The notes under the pieces were generated by a model. The model searched no databases and had not been told where the DNA came from. It saw only the letters and a list, made by a program, of their open reading frames with translations. Shown here piece after piece: positions 35,870 through 46,547 of a DNA stretch of 64,000 nt (its first letter is position 1; each line of letters opens with the position of its first letter). The stretch spans positions 11,289 through 75,288 of the forward strand of contig CAYWVR010000011.1 of NCBI GenBank assembly GCA_964461715.1, in the 5' to 3' direction. Source of the stretch: an uncultured Anaerolineales bacterium. GTDB lineage: Bacteria > Planctomycetota > Phycisphaerae > FEN-1346. Made by a program: the position numbers and the translations under genes.

Positions 35870-36340
35870 CTAGACGCACTCGCCCGTCGAGAAATCGTAC
35901 CGCCAGGGCCAGTCCGCCGGGCGCCACTCGTGAAGCTCCGCCGGCTCGAAGAAGAGGCCGATCTCGTGCTCGGCCGTCTCGGGCGAATCCGACCCGTGGA
36001 CCAGGTTGAAACGCTTCGAGACGCCGAAATCGCCGCGGATCGTGCCGGGGGCGGCATCGGGGCCGAAGGTGGCCCCCATCATCGTGCGGGTGACGGCGAC
36101 GGCCCCCCTGCCCTCCAGGACTATCAGGATCACGGGGCTGGCGGTCATGAACCGAAGGAGCGGCTCGTAGAAGTCCTTGCCCTTATGCGGGGCGTAGTGC
36201 CGCTCGGCCAGTTCCCGGGCCACGGTGGTCATCTTCAGGGCCACCAGCTTCAGGCCCTTGTCCTCGAACCGGGCCAGGATGCGGCCGACGAGCCCCCGCT
36301 GGACGGCGTCCGGCTTCAGGATCACGAGCGTACGTTCCAC
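35870..36340 (-). CDS. ndk: nucleoside diphosphate kinase
   Basis: MERTLVILKPDAVQRGLVGRI...NLVHGSDS (active-site His). Confidence 0.9.
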   Translation of the reverse strand: MERTLVILKPDAVQRGLVGRILARFEDKGLKLVALKMTTVARELAERHYAPHKGKDFYEPLLRFMTASPVILIVLEGRGAVAVTRTMMGATFGPDAAPGTIRGDFGVSKRFNLVHGSDSPETAEHEIGLFFEPAELHEWRPADWPWRYDFSTGECV

Positions 36341-36355
36341 GAGGCTTCCTTCTCC

Positions 36356-37342
36356 TTAAGGCTCGGCGTCGTATCCCCAGCCGGGATGCTCCCGCTTCCG
36401 CCAGTTGTCGAGGGCCCCGTAGACGGCCTGGAGGTGCTCCTCGGGGGCGTCACAGGGGAAGCTGCACCCCGGGGCCACGATGAAGGGGTGATCGCCGGCC
36501 CGGGCGGCGGCATCGTCGATCTCGGCCCGGATGGCCTCCGCGTCGCCCTCCACGATGGTCCCCACGTGATCCATCCCGGCCATCAGGACCTTGCCCGTCC
36601 GGCTTCGCACCTCGGCGATGGGCGGGCCGTCGGTCCGGTCGGCCCAGTTGACGGCCACGACGGGGTACCGGAGAAACCCGTCGAAATCGGCCGCCCGGTC
36701 GTGGACGTGGACCACGTTGAAGGGCGCGGCCCGGACGCGCTCGAAGATCGTCAGATCATGGGGCCGGCAGAGACGGGCGTAGGTCCCGGGCCCGAGAGCC
36801 TCCTCGACGGCCCGGTCGGAGCAGCTCATGAAGATGCCCGCCGCCCCCGCCGTAATGCACGCGTCGGCGAACTCGGCCAGCGTCTGAGCGATGACGGACA
36901 GGGCGGTATCGGCCGCGTCCTCGTCCTCGGCCAACATCTCGACGGCCCGGCCGCCGGTCAGCTTTCCGAGGACCGAGAGGGGGTTGAAGAGGGTGGTGAT
37001 GAAGAGGGTCTCGTCGCCGAGCTCCGAGGAGATGATTTCGAGGGCGTCGAGCTGGGCCCGGAATTCGGGTTCCTCGGGTCCCTTGACGCGGATCTTCTCC
37101 AGCTCGCCCACGAGGCTCACGCCGCCCTCGGGCCGCGGATACCCGTTATCGTTCATCACCTTCAGGAAGTCGAGATGGTGCCGCCGGTAGTGCTCCAGGT
37201 GGGCCCGGGCGCAGGGCTCCCCCGCAACCTGGTCGTCGGGGAAATGGTACCAGAAGGAGAAGGGGGGCCGGTCGACCCAGATGCCCGCCAAGGCCGCCTG
37301 GACGCGGTCCCGCTTGTCCATTTCGCCGCCCAAATCGGTCAT
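36356..37342 (-). CDS. uroporphyrinogen-decarboxylase (URO-D) family protein (MtaA/CmuA-like methyltransferase fold)
   Basis: Overall URO-D/MtaA-like pattern (GMDHVGTIVEGDAEAIRAEIDDAAARAGDHPFIVAPGCSFP). Family level only. Confidence 0.65.
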   Translation of the reverse strand: MTDLGGEMDKRDRVQAALAGIWVDRPPFSFWYHFPDDQVAGEPCARAHLEHYRRHHLDFLKVMNDNGYPRPEGGVSLVGELEKIRVKGPEEPEFRAQLDALEIISSELGDETLFITTLFNPLSVLGKLTGGRAVEMLAEDEDAADTALSVIAQTLAEFADACITAGAAGIFMSCSDRAVEEALGPGTYARLCRPHDLTIFERVRAAPFNVVHVHDRAADFDGFLRYPVVAVNWADRTDGPPIAEVRSRTGKVLMAGMDHVGTIVEGDAEAIRAEIDDAAARAGDHPFIVAPGCSFPCDAPEEHLQAVYGALDNWRKREHPGWGYDAEP

Positions 37343-37397
37343 GGGAATCCTTCATGGCTGAGCCGCGAGAAGCCGCAAGGGGCGTTGGGCCAAGAGG

Positions 37398-38324
37398 TTA
37401 CAGGCCCTCAAAGAGCCGCGTGCTGATGTATCGCTCCGCGGGGCTGGGGATGATGACGACGAGGGTTTTTCCGGCCATGCCTTCGCGTGCGGCGACCTTC
37501 GCCGCCGCCGCCAGCGCCGCCCCGCTCGAGATGCCGACCATGAGGCCCTCCTCGCATGCGGCGCGGCGGGCCCACTCGAAGGCGGGGTCGTCCTCGACCT
37601 TGGCGACCTCGTCGATGAGTTGGGTGTCGAGGATCGGAGGGATAAACCCCGCCCCGATGCCCTGAATGCCGTGCGGGCCCGGCTCGCCGCCCGAGAGGAC
37701 GGGGCTGGACGCCGGCTCCACGGCGATGGCCTTGAACTCCGGCTTCCGGGCCTTGATCACCCCCGCCACGCCCGTAATCGTGCCGCCCGTCCCCACCCCG
37801 GCCACGAGGACGTCGACCCGCCCGTCGGTATCCCACCAGATTTCCTCGGCGGTCGTGCGGCGGTGGATGTCGACGTTGGCGGGGTTGGCGAACTGGTTGG
37901 GCACCCAGACGTGGTCGGACTCGGCGTCCATCTCGTCGGCCTTCTCGATGGCCCCCTTCATGCCCTGGTCGGCGGGCGTCAGGACCAACTCCGCCCCCAG
38001 GAGCTTCAGGAGCCGCCTCCGCTCCACGCTCATGCTCTCCGGCATCGTCAGGCACAGCCGGTACCCCTTGGCCGCGCACACGAACGCCAGGGCCACGCCC
38101 GTGTTGCCGCTGGTGGGCTCGACGATGAGGGTGTCGGGCTGGATGCGTCCGTCGCGCTCGGCGGCCTCGATCATGGCGACGCCGATGCGGTCCTTGACCG
38201 TATTGGCGGGATTGAAGAACTCGAGCTTCGCCAGCACCTCGGCCTCGGATTGGATGATCCGGTTGATCCGCACCAGGGGGGTGCGGCCGATGGCCCGACT
38301 GGCCGTCTCGAACACCTTCGCCAT
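37398..38324 (-). CDS. cysK: cysteine synthase A (O-acetylserine sulfhydrylase)
   Basis: [28 protein letters not shown] and [10 protein letters not shown] are PLP fold-II CysK motifs. Start MAKVFE at CAT 38322-38324. Confidence 0.85.
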   Translation of the reverse strand: MAKVFETASRAIGRTPLVRINRIIQSEAEVLAKLEFFNPANTVKDRIGVAMIEAAERDGRIQPDTLIVEPTSGNTGVALAFVCAAKGYRLCLTMPESMSVERRRLLKLLGAELVLTPADQGMKGAIEKADEMDAESDHVWVPNQFANPANVDIHRRTTAEEIWWDTDGRVDVLVAGVGTGGTITGVAGVIKARKPEFKAIAVEPASSPVLSGGEPGPHGIQGIGAGFIPPILDTQLIDEVAKVEDDPAFEWARRAACEEGLMVGISSGAALAAAAKVAAREGMAGKTLVVIIPSPAERYISTRLFEGL

Positions 38325-38502
38325 GGGTTTTCTCTCGCCTGCGGGACGGAAAGGCAACAGGGGCCAGTCTAGGCGGTGCCCCGGGGCAAGTCAAGCGGCG
38401 GCGCAGATGGCCCCTTGACTTCCTTTCCCGCCCTTCCCGGCTACAGCCGGGGGGCCAATCCGGTCGATAGACCGCGGGAACGCACGCTGAGGTGACGGAA
38501 CC

Positions 38503-38859
38503 ATGATCGACAAACTCGAAGGCTACACGCGTCACCTGGTGGGCAATCGCCGCAACGACCCTCGCCGGCGGGTCCGACTCGAGGCCATCGTCCGGGACGA
38601 GGGCAGCAACCAGATCGTCTTCCGCGGACGCACGCGCGACCTCTCGACGGGCGGCTGCCGCATCCTGGGCCTGCCCGTCGGGCTGGGCGTCACGTTCGGC
38701 CAGCGGGTGCATGTGGAGCTGGTGATTCCGCCGAAAAGCGACTCGGGGCTGACGCGCAAACCCACCCTCAGCGGCTTCATTTGCCGCGTTATCGACGACG
38801 ATGCCGAGTATTTCATCAGCGTGGCGTTCGACGCGAAGCAGAGGGCGCGGAGCAACTGA
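38503..38859 (+). CDS. PilZ-domain protein (putative c-di-GMP receptor)
   Basis: RRRVRLEAIVR is the RxxxR motif; TRDLSTGGCRI is the DxSxGG motif. ATG 38503 follows GAGGTG. Confidence 0.6.
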   Translation: MIDKLEGYTRHLVGNRRNDPRRRVRLEAIVRDEGSNQIVFRGRTRDLSTGGCRILGLPVGLGVTFGQRVHVELVIPPKSDSGLTRKPTLSGFICRVIDDDAEYFISVAFDAKQRARSN

Positions 38860-39040
38860 CGGACCGATCCCCGGCGCCTCCTGCCCGATTCGGGCGCCGG
38901 ACCCATGGGCGTGCGGGCCGCCCCCTGTCCGCACGCCCTTCCTTTTTGCGCCCACCCGGACCACGGTGCGTCTTGAACGGAATCCCGAGGCGGCGTAGAA
39001 TGGCCGAAGAAGGACACCGAGTATCGGGAGACGCCGCGCT

Positions 39041-39898
39041 ATGTGGGATTACACCGAGAAGGTCCGCGATCATTTCCTGAACCCCCGTCACGTGGGCGAA
39101 ATCGCGGACCCCGACCTCGACGCCACCGTCGGCAATATCACCTGCGGCGACGCCCTCCGCCTCATGCTGAAGCTCGACGACGAGGGCCGCATCGCCGACG
39201 CCCGATTCCAGACCTTCGGCTGCGCCTCCGCCATCGCCTCCTCGGACGCCCTCGCCGAGATTCTCGTCGGAAAGACCCTCGACCAGGCCGCCGCCCTCAC
39301 CGACGATGACATCGCCGAGTACCTCGGCGGCCTGCCCGAGGAGAAGATGCACTGCTCCGTCATGGGCATGGAGGCCCTCCAGAAGGCCCTCGCGAACTAT
39401 CGCGGCGAGCCCTTCGAGCTCGAGGAAGAGGGCCGCATCGTCTGCCGATGCTTCGGCGTCACCGACAAGGTCATCGAGCGGGTCGTCCGCGAGCACAACC
39501 TCACAACCGTCGACGAGGTCACCCATTACACGAAGGCGGGAGGCGGGTGCCACGGCTGCGTCCCCGAGATCGAGGCCATCATCCGCAGCGTCCACGGCGG
39601 AAAGGACGAATCCGCCGCCGAACGGGCCCCGGCGCGCCCGATGACCAACCTCCAACGCATCAACCGCATCCAGGAGGTCATCGAGCAGGAAGTCCGCCCC
39701 ATGGTCCAGCAGGACGGCGGCGACGTCGAGCTGATCGACGTCGACGGAAAGCACGTACAGGTGGCCTTCCTGGGCCATTGTGCGTGGTGCCCGGTCAGCG
39801 ACGTCACCCTTAAGGGGGCCGTCGAGGGCAAGCTCCGCGAGCTGGTGGACCCGGACATCGTTGTCGAGGACGTCGGACCCCGCATTCGTAACACGTGA
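39041..39898 (+). CDS. nifU: NifU-type Fe-S cluster scaffold (three-domain: IscU-like, central 2Fe-2S, C-terminal Nfu)
   Basis: GNITCGDALRL...FQTFGCASAIASSDA...HCSVMG is the IscU domain; CRCFGVTD...GGCHGC is the central domain; the C-terminal CAWCPVSDVTLKGAVE is the Nfu CxxC. Confidence 0.85.
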   Translation: MWDYTEKVRDHFLNPRHVGEIADPDLDATVGNITCGDALRLMLKLDDEGRIADARFQTFGCASAIASSDALAEILVGKTLDQAAALTDDDIAEYLGGLPEEKMHCSVMGMEALQKALANYRGEPFELEEEGRIVCRCFGVTDKVIERVVREHNLTTVDEVTHYTKAGGGCHGCVPEIEAIIRSVHGGKDESAAERAPARPMTNLQRINRIQEVIEQEVRPMVQQDGGDVELIDVDGKHVQVAFLGHCAWCPVSDVTLKGAVEGKLRELVDPDIVVEDVGPRIRNT

Positions 39899-39917
39899 TC
39901 CCCGGGGGAGTTCGCAC

Positions 39918-41123
39918 ATGAGCCAGGCCATCTACCTCGACAACAACGCCACCACCGCCGTTGCCCCCGAGGTCCGCGAGGCCATGATGCCCTTCCTCGG
40001 CGAGCTCTACGGCAACCCCTCCTCCATGCACACCTTCGGGGGTCAGGTCGGACGCTACGTCGAGGAAGCCCGCGAGCGGGTCGCCGAACTCCTTGGGGCC
40101 CATCCGACGGAGGTCATTTTCACCTCCTGCGGCACCGAGAGCGACAATACGGCCATCCGCAGCGCCCTGATGACCTATGCCGACCGGCGGCACGTGGTCA
40201 CCAGCCGCGTCGAGCACCCCGCCGTCCTGACCCTGTGCCAGGCCCTCGCCAAGGCCCCCGCGGGCCAGCCGCGGTACCGTGTCTCGGAGCTGGGTGTCGA
40301 CGCCGACGGACGCCTCGACCGCAAGGCCGTCGAGGACGCCCTCGACGACGATACCGCCATCGTCTCCATCATGTGGGCCAACAACGAAACCGGCGTGCTC
40401 TTGCCCGTCGAGGCCATCGGAGAGGCTTGCCGCGAGCGCGGCATCCTCTTCCACACCGACGCGGTCCAGGCCGTGGGCAAGATGCCCATGCGCGTGGCCG
40501 ACCTGCCCATCGACATGCTCAGCCTCTCCGGCCACAAACTCCACGCGCCCAAGGGCGTCGGGGCCCTCTACGTCCGCCGCGGGACCCGTTTCTCGCCTCT
40601 GCTGGTGGGCGGCCACCAGGAACGAAACCGGCGAGGCGGGACGGAGGCCGTGCCGCTTATCGTCGCCCTCGGAAGGGCCGCGGCGCTGGCCCTGGAGCGG
40701 ATGGACGAGGAGAATACGCGGGTGCGGGCGCTGCGGGACCGACTCGAAAAGGGCCTGCTGGAGGCCTGTCCGGGGGCCCGCCTGAACGGCCATCCCACCG
40801 AGCGCCTGCCCAACACCTCAAACATCAGCTTCGAGTTCGTCGAGGGCGAGAGCATCCTGCTGATGCTCGATCAGTACGGGATTTGTGCCTCCAGCGGCTC
40901 GGCATGCACGTCCGGCAGCCTCGAGCCCAGCCACGTGATGCGGGCCATGGGGGTGCCCTACACCGCCGCCCACGGCTCCGTCCGCTTCAGCCTGAGCGTC
41001 TACAATACCGAGGAGGAGATCGACCGCGTCGTCGAGGTCCTGCCGCCCATCATCCGGCGGCTCCGCGAGATCTCGCCGTTCGGACGCGATCAGATCGCCG
41101 AAACCCCCGTTAAACGAACCTGA
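39918..41123 (+). CDS. nifS: cysteine desulfurase
   Basis: MSQAIYLDNNATT..., SGHKLHAPKGVGALY (PLP lysine) and SSGSACTSG (active-site Cys loop). ATG 39918 follows GGGGGAG. Confidence 0.9.
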   Translation: MSQAIYLDNNATTAVAPEVREAMMPFLGELYGNPSSMHTFGGQVGRYVEEARERVAELLGAHPTEVIFTSCGTESDNTAIRSALMTYADRRHVVTSRVEHPAVLTLCQALAKAPAGQPRYRVSELGVDADGRLDRKAVEDALDDDTAIVSIMWANNETGVLLPVEAIGEACRERGILFHTDAVQAVGKMPMRVADLPIDMLSLSGHKLHAPKGVGALYVRRGTRFSPLLVGGHQERNRRGGTEAVPLIVALGRAAALALERMDEENTRVRALRDRLEKGLLEACPGARLNGHPTERLPNTSNISFEFVEGESILLMLDQYGICASSGSACTSGSLEPSHVMRAMGVPYTAAHGSVRFSLSVYNTEEEIDRVVEVLPPIIRRLREISPFGRDQIAETPVKRT

Positions 41124-41172
41124 AGGCCCCAGGAAGGCCGATTTCAACCGTTCCCCGAAAGGAGTCCATCGC

Positions 41173-41679
41173 ATGAGCAAGAAGTTCTTCAACGAGGTCG
41201 AAGCCCTCAAGATCGCTCAGAACATGGAGCGCCATGGCATCGCCTTCTACGAAAAAGCCGCCGCCGCCTCCCCCGATGAAAGCACCCGGAAGGTCCTTCT
41301 GGAGCTCGCCGAGGACGAAAAGAAGCACCTCGCGCGTTTCGAGGAGATCGAGGAGAAGTTCCAGGCCCATCGCCGAGACGGAGGCGGATATGCCGACGAT
41401 GAGGACCTCCGGGCCTACATCGACCGCCTCATCGGGACCCAGGTCTTCGCCGACGAGGGCGATGTGGCACGGCTTGCGGAACAAACCGATTCCGACTACG
41501 AGGCCTTGGGGGTGGGCATGCGGGCCGAACGCGATTCGATCGTCTTCTATCAGGAGATGATCGATTTCGTCGATTCGCCCGAGGCCAAGGAGGCGTTCGG
41601 CCAGATCCTCAACGAGGAACGCCGCCACCTCCAAATCCTCGGCGAACGCTCCGAGCACTGCGAAAACTACGAGGCCTAG
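41173..41679 (+). CDS. ferritin-like diiron protein (rubrerythrin family, no rubredoxin domain)
   Basis: Two ExxH motifs in helical context (LAEDEKKHLARF, LNEERRHLQIL) plus E..Y pairs. ATG 41173 follows AAAGGAG. Confidence 0.65.
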   Translation: MSKKFFNEVEALKIAQNMERHGIAFYEKAAAASPDESTRKVLLELAEDEKKHLARFEEIEEKFQAHRRDGGGYADDEDLRAYIDRLIGTQVFADEGDVARLAEQTDSDYEALGVGMRAERDSIVFYQEMIDFVDSPEAKEAFGQILNEERRHLQILGERSEHCENYEA

Positions 41680-42836
41680 GGCCCCGCGGGCGTTTCATCC
41701 CCAACATCCAGGGCCTCGCGGACCTGCCGCAGGGCTTGCGTTGCGGCGGCCCGGGTGCTCCGCGGATACCCCGGCCGCGCGTGCTTCAGGCGGATCGTGC
41801 TCGTCTCCCGGAGCCGCGCCAGGAGCTCGAGGGCAGGCTTTGCGTCTGCCCGCATCCGTCCGAGAACAAGGACTGCCTCAATCGCCGCAGGGCTGCCGGC
41901 GGCCTCCTGATCCTCGATTTCGGCGGTCACGAGGCCCAGCGTCTCCTCGGCCTGGCCGGTGATCCTGTACATGGCCCAGGCGGCCGCGAGACGCGCATGG
42001 GGGGCCCGGTACAGGGGGCCCTCTTCCTCGTCGGGCTGTGGCCGCCGTGCCGCCTTGCGGAGGCCATCGAGGGCCGGTTCGGCGGCCTTGCCCATGCGTC
42101 CGAGGGCCACGGCGGCGGCCCACCGGCGGGTGACACGAGGGCTCGAAAGGGCCGTTTCCAGGGACGCAAGGGCCGGCCTTGCGTCCGGCCCCATGAGGCC
42201 CAGGGCCCAGACGGCCGCGTCCGCGAGATCTTCGTCCGCTTCCGCCAGCGCCTCCAGAAGGGCCGCGACGCTCGCCTCCTCGACCGGCCGCGCGATCCCG
42301 AGCATCGAGGCGGCAACCTGCCTCAAATCGGCGTTCTTCACAGCGCCAAGCGTGTTTCGAAGGGCCCTCGACGCCTCCGGACCGCCGATCTCGCCGAGCG
42401 CCGTCAGAATCTCGGCCGCCACCTGCGGTTGGGCCCCGTCCAGCCTCTCCACGAGAGGCGGCACGGCCTCCCGGGCGGCCGGACCGATCTTGCCGAGGGC
42501 CCGGGCGGCATCCCCGACCGGAAGCCGACCGGCCTTCATGGCCTCCAGAAGGGGCTTTACGGCCGTTTCGGCGGCCGGGCCGACGGCCGCGAGGGCCCGG
42601 GCGGCGAGGCAGGCGACGGCCGGGTCGGAGAGGGCCTTCGCGAGGGCCCCCACGGCTGGGGCGGCAGCCTTTCCGAGGGTCGAGAGCTCCAGGGCAGCGC
42701 GCCTCCGGACGAGAACCTCCGCGCTCCCTAAGTCCTTTACCAGAAAGGAGATACCTTCCGGGCCCACGTCCCGCGGTCCGGCCGCCCGGGCCGTCGAGGA
42801 AAGGATCAGCGCCGTCGCCAAGGCCGCCCACCGCAT
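41676..42836 (-). CDS. secreted HEAT/PBS-lyase-repeat protein
   Basis: Start MRWAALATALILSSTARAAG (signal peptide); CAT 42834-42836 is preceded on the minus strand by GGGAGGA. Repeated A..ALG.IG...A...L...L.D units. Confidence 0.65.
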   Translation of the reverse strand: MRWAALATALILSSTARAAGPRDVGPEGISFLVKDLGSAEVLVRRRAALELSTLGKAAAPAVGALAKALSDPAVACLAARALAAVGPAAETAVKPLLEAMKAGRLPVGDAARALGKIGPAAREAVPPLVERLDGAQPQVAAEILTALGEIGGPEASRALRNTLGAVKNADLRQVAASMLGIARPVEEASVAALLEALAEADEDLADAAVWALGLMGPDARPALASLETALSSPRVTRRWAAAVALGRMGKAAEPALDGLRKAARRPQPDEEEGPLYRAPHARLAAAWAMYRITGQAEETLGLVTAEIEDQEAAGSPAAIEAVLVLGRMRADAKPALELLARLRETSTIRLKHARPGYPRSTRAAATQALRQVREALDVGDETPAGP

Positions 42837-43020
42837 TCGCGTATCCTCCCGTTGCCCGCTCTTGGACGTCCGGCGCCCCCCGCCGGTTCGCGCTCTTGCC
42901 GGCCCGCGCATCGTCAACACAATCGCCTTCGCGCCCCTCATTGATCGAATGAGAACCCGGACCATCCACCCCCAAGAGGTCGGGGGCCCGTCGGTCGGTC
43001 ACGGCCTCGGCGAGCCGGGC

Positions 43021-44775
43021 CTATGGGTTCAATTCGCACTTGGTGGGGCGGGCGAGGTTGAGGAACGCTTCGACGGCCAAGGCGAGGGCGAGGACCAGGG
43101 TGACGGCGTTGACGACGACGAGGGTCCATTTCTGGGTGGCGGAGAAGGCGTCGGTGACCTCGCGCGTCGCGAAGTCGATCTCGTTGGCGACCATGGCCCA
43201 CACGGTCAGGACGAGCATGAAGAGACACGGGCCGAGGGTCAGCAGGTACCCCCACGTCCCCCGCCGCCTCAGGTACACGCTGATCAGCAGGAGGGCCAGG
43301 GCCGCGAGGAGCTGGTTGACCGCTCCGAACAGGGGCCAGAGGGTCAGCGCCCCCGTGCCGCTCGCCCCCGTGGCGAAGGCCAGGGCCCCGGCCGTCCCCA
43401 CGGCGATGGCCGTGGCGACCCAGCGGTTCGCCAGGACCGGCGCCCGGACGTGCCCTGCGAGCTCGGCGATGACGTATCGCTGGATGCGGGTGGCGGTGTC
43501 GAGGGTCGTGCCGGCGAAGCTGGCGATGAAGACGCCCATGATGATCATGCCGATGGCCTTGGGCACGCCGACGGTGGCCAGCATGTTGGCCGAGCCGTTG
43601 ACGACGGCGGCGACCTTGGACGCGAGGCCCCCGGCGGCGTCCCACGACGCGTAGTGATACCTCCAGGCGGCGAGGCCCGTCAGCTCCGTCCCGTCCGCCG
43701 CCGTGTAGGCCATGCCGATGCCGGCGGCCACCGCGACGACGACCATCACCGCCAGGGCGCCCTCCAGGAGCATCGACCCGTACCCGACGAACTGCGCGTC
43801 CGTCTCCCGCTCGACCTGCTTCGAGGTCGTGCCGCCCGAGACGAGGCAGTGAAACCCGCTGATCGCGCCGCAGGCGATGACGACGCCGAGGAAGGGCCAC
43901 AGGGGCGGGGCGCCCTCGGGGTCCAGGTTCACGGCCGGGGCGACGATCTCCAGGCCACCCCATCCCGCCGAGGCCACCATCCCCACAATCAATAGACCCA
44001 TCGCGATAAAAAGCTGCCATGCGTTGATGTAGTCGCGCGGCTGAAGGAGCGTCGTCACCGGTAGCGTCGAGGCGACGAACGCGTACACCAGCAGCACCAG
44101 TACCCACGCACCCGTCAGCGGCAGCGGGCCCACCTGCCGGGGCAGGTCGGGATGGACCCAGTGCCCGAGCACCACGGTCCCGTACATCGCCAGCACCGCC
44201 GCGGCCGTCGCCGGGACCACGGGGAACTTGAACTTGTAGATCGCCAGGCCGAGCCCCACCGCGATGGGCACCTCGCACCAGATCGGCAGCACCGATTGCG
44301 GGTACATCTTGAAGATCGCCCCGATCACCACGCCGAAGATGGCGATCACGATCAGGAGCTCCAGAAAGACGACCAGAAAAAAGAGCACCCGGGCCCGCGG
44401 GCCGACGTACCGGGCGGCGACCTCCGAAAGGCTCTTCCCCTCGTGCCGCATCGAGACCACCAGGGCCCCGAAATCGTGGACCGCGCCCATGACGATCGAG
44501 CCGACGAGAATCCACACCAACGCCGGCACCCATCCCCAAATGATGCCAATGGCCGGGCCCACGATGGGGCCCGTCCCGGCAATCGATGTATAATGATGCC
44601 CGAAGATGATGCCCCGACGCGTGGGCACGTAGTCCGTGCCGTCGGCCAGGGTTATCGAGGGCGGCCGGGCCTCCGGGTCGAGCTTGAAGATCTTGCGGGC
44701 GAGGAACCGCCCGTACGTGTGGTACGCGACCAGATAGCCGACGAACGAGCCCAGGGCAATCAGAAGGGCGTCCAT
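43021..44775 (-). CDS. cstA: carbon starvation protein A (peptide/pyruvate transporter family)
   Basis: RRGIIFGHHYTSIAGTGPIVGPA, multiple TM segments and conserved CstA blocks. Start MDALLIALG at CAT 44773-44775, preceded on the minus strand by GGAGGAGG. Confidence 0.9.
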   Translation of the reverse strand: MDALLIALGSFVGYLVAYHTYGRFLARKIFKLDPEARPPSITLADGTDYVPTRRGIIFGHHYTSIAGTGPIVGPAIGIIWGWVPALVWILVGSIVMGAVHDFGALVVSMRHEGKSLSEVAARYVGPRARVLFFLVVFLELLIVIAIFGVVIGAIFKMYPQSVLPIWCEVPIAVGLGLAIYKFKFPVVPATAAAVLAMYGTVVLGHWVHPDLPRQVGPLPLTGAWVLVLLVYAFVASTLPVTTLLQPRDYINAWQLFIAMGLLIVGMVASAGWGGLEIVAPAVNLDPEGAPPLWPFLGVVIACGAISGFHCLVSGGTTSKQVERETDAQFVGYGSMLLEGALAVMVVVAVAAGIGMAYTAADGTELTGLAAWRYHYASWDAAGGLASKVAAVVNGSANMLATVGVPKAIGMIIMGVFIASFAGTTLDTATRIQRYVIAELAGHVRAPVLANRWVATAIAVGTAGALAFATGASGTGALTLWPLFGAVNQLLAALALLLISVYLRRRGTWGYLLTLGPCLFMLVLTVWAMVANEIDFATREVTDAFSATQKWTLVVVNAVTLVLALALAVEAFLNLARPTKCELNP

Positions 44776-44909
44776 ACGCCTCCTCCGGCGTCGGCCGGCC
44801 GACCTTCGATTTGGCTGGCACTCGAGCGCCGCCTCGCATACTATCATCCCTGCCGGCGAACGCAAGCGCCGCGGGTACGCGTTCGCCGCCCGCGCACGAA
44901 AGGCCGCCC

Positions 44910-45488
44910 ATGCCCCGGGTCATCCTCATCGGCGATTCCATCCGCATGGCCTACGAGCCCGGCGTCCGCGACCGGCTCGCGGCCCGGGCGGAGGTGTGGG
45001 GGCCGGACGAGAACGGCGGCGACAGCGCGAACGTGCTCGCGAACCTCGACGAGTGGGCGATCGACCGCGACGCCGACGTCCTCCACCTCAACTGCGGCCT
45101 CCACGATATCAAGCGGCCCTTCGGCTCGGACGAGCGCCGGGTGCCCCTCGAGGCGTACCGGGCGAACCTGCGGACGATCTTCCGTCGCCTCGCCGAGGAG
45201 ACCTCCGCGCGGCTCATCTGGGCCGCCACGACGCCCGTCGACCACGAGCGCCACCATCGCAGGAAGGACTTCGACCGGTTCGAGGAGGACGTCGCGGCGG
45301 TCAACGCCGCCTCCCTCGCGCTCGCCGCCGAGTACGGCCTGACGATCAACGACCTGCACGGGGCCGTCGCCCGTGCCGGGCCCGATCGGCTGCTCGCCGA
45401 GGACGGGGTGCACTTTACGGCCGAGGGCGTCGAGGTCCTGGCGGCCGCCGTCGCGGAGAAGATCGCTGACGCGCTAAATCAATCATGA
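44910..45488 (+). CDS. SGNH/GDSL-family hydrolase
   Basis: VILIGDSIR is block I (Ser); LNCGLHD is the GxND-like block III; DGVHFTAEG is block V (DxxH). Confidence 0.7.
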   Translation: MPRVILIGDSIRMAYEPGVRDRLAARAEVWGPDENGGDSANVLANLDEWAIDRDADVLHLNCGLHDIKRPFGSDERRVPLEAYRANLRTIFRRLAEETSARLIWAATTPVDHERHHRRKDFDRFEEDVAAVNAASLALAAEYGLTINDLHGAVARAGPDRLLAEDGVHFTAEGVEVLAAAVAEKIADALNQS

Positions 45489-45574
45489 CCCGTGCGCCAA
45501 TCCCGCGTTAGCCGCGAGCCGAGGGCGAGCGCCTTTCTGTCTCGATGACCGGGGGCGCCGTCCCGGAGGGTCCC

Positions 45575-46360
45575 ATGAAATTCATCGTCGCCACCGATTG
45601 CGACGGGTGTGCCTGCGTCGTCGGGGCGCCGGGGATGACCCTGAGCGATGCCCCGGACTACCGCTTCTCGTGCGCCCAGGCGACGCGAGAGTCGGGGGCG
45701 GCGGTCCGGGCCCTGTTCGACGCCGGGGCCGAGGGGGTCCGGGTGTGGGACAATCACGGCCTCGGGGCGAACCTCGAGTTCGACCGCCTCGACCGCCGAT
45801 GCGAGGTCGCCCTCGGGGCGGGCTTCGGCCGACGCTGGCCCGGCCTCGACGAGACGTTCGCCGGCGTCCTGATGATCGGCTACCACGCCCGCGAGGGCAC
45901 GCCGGGCGGCGTGCTGGCCCACACGTACAGCCCCGACGCGTATCGATGGATCAAGGTCAACGGGCGAGAGGTCGGCGAGATGACCCTCGACGCGGCCGTG
46001 GCCGGCGCCCTGGGCGTGCCCGTCATCTTCGTCTCCAGCGACGCCGCCGGCGTCGAGGAGGCCCGGGCCGAAATGCCCTGGATCGAGACCGTCGTGACGA
46101 AGGAGGGTCACGGGCGCACCTGTGCCCTGGGCCCGCACCCCGCCGTCGCCGCCGACGCCATCTACGACGGGGTCCGCCGAGCGGTCGAGCGGCTCGGCCA
46201 GATGAAGCCGCTGAATCTCGGGCGGGACCTGGAGGTCGAAATCCGCTTCAAACACGTCCTCGGGGCGTGGAAGGCCCGCCTGGGACGCCGGGGCTGGCAC
46301 ATGGCGGGCCTGCGCTCGATCCGCCGCCGCCTCGCAAGCGCCGCCGAATGGAGCGCGTGA
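45575..46360 (+). CDS. DppA-like D-aminopeptidase (peptidase M55 family)
   Basis: MKFIVATDCDG...IGYHAREGTPGGVLAHTYS matches M55. ATG 45575 follows GGAGGG. Confidence 0.65.
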   Translation: MKFIVATDCDGCACVVGAPGMTLSDAPDYRFSCAQATRESGAAVRALFDAGAEGVRVWDNHGLGANLEFDRLDRRCEVALGAGFGRRWPGLDETFAGVLMIGYHAREGTPGGVLAHTYSPDAYRWIKVNGREVGEMTLDAAVAGALGVPVIFVSSDAAGVEEARAEMPWIETVVTKEGHGRTCALGPHPAVAADAIYDGVRRAVERLGQMKPLNLGRDLEVEIRFKHVLGAWKARLGRRGWHMAGLRSIRRRLASAAEWSA

Positions 46361-46547
46361 CCTCCTTCGATGAGCCACGGTCATGGCCGTTGCCCGGCGC
46401 CCGATGCCGGGCGTTTCTGAATGCCTCCCCCGTCTTGCCCGTCCATCCTTCGAGAGACGCTTTTGGCTGGAACCGCGGCCCGCGTGCCGCTACCCTACCG
46501 GCCGTGGCGCACCGTTCCGCCAGCCCTCGCCAAGGAGGTCGAGACCC

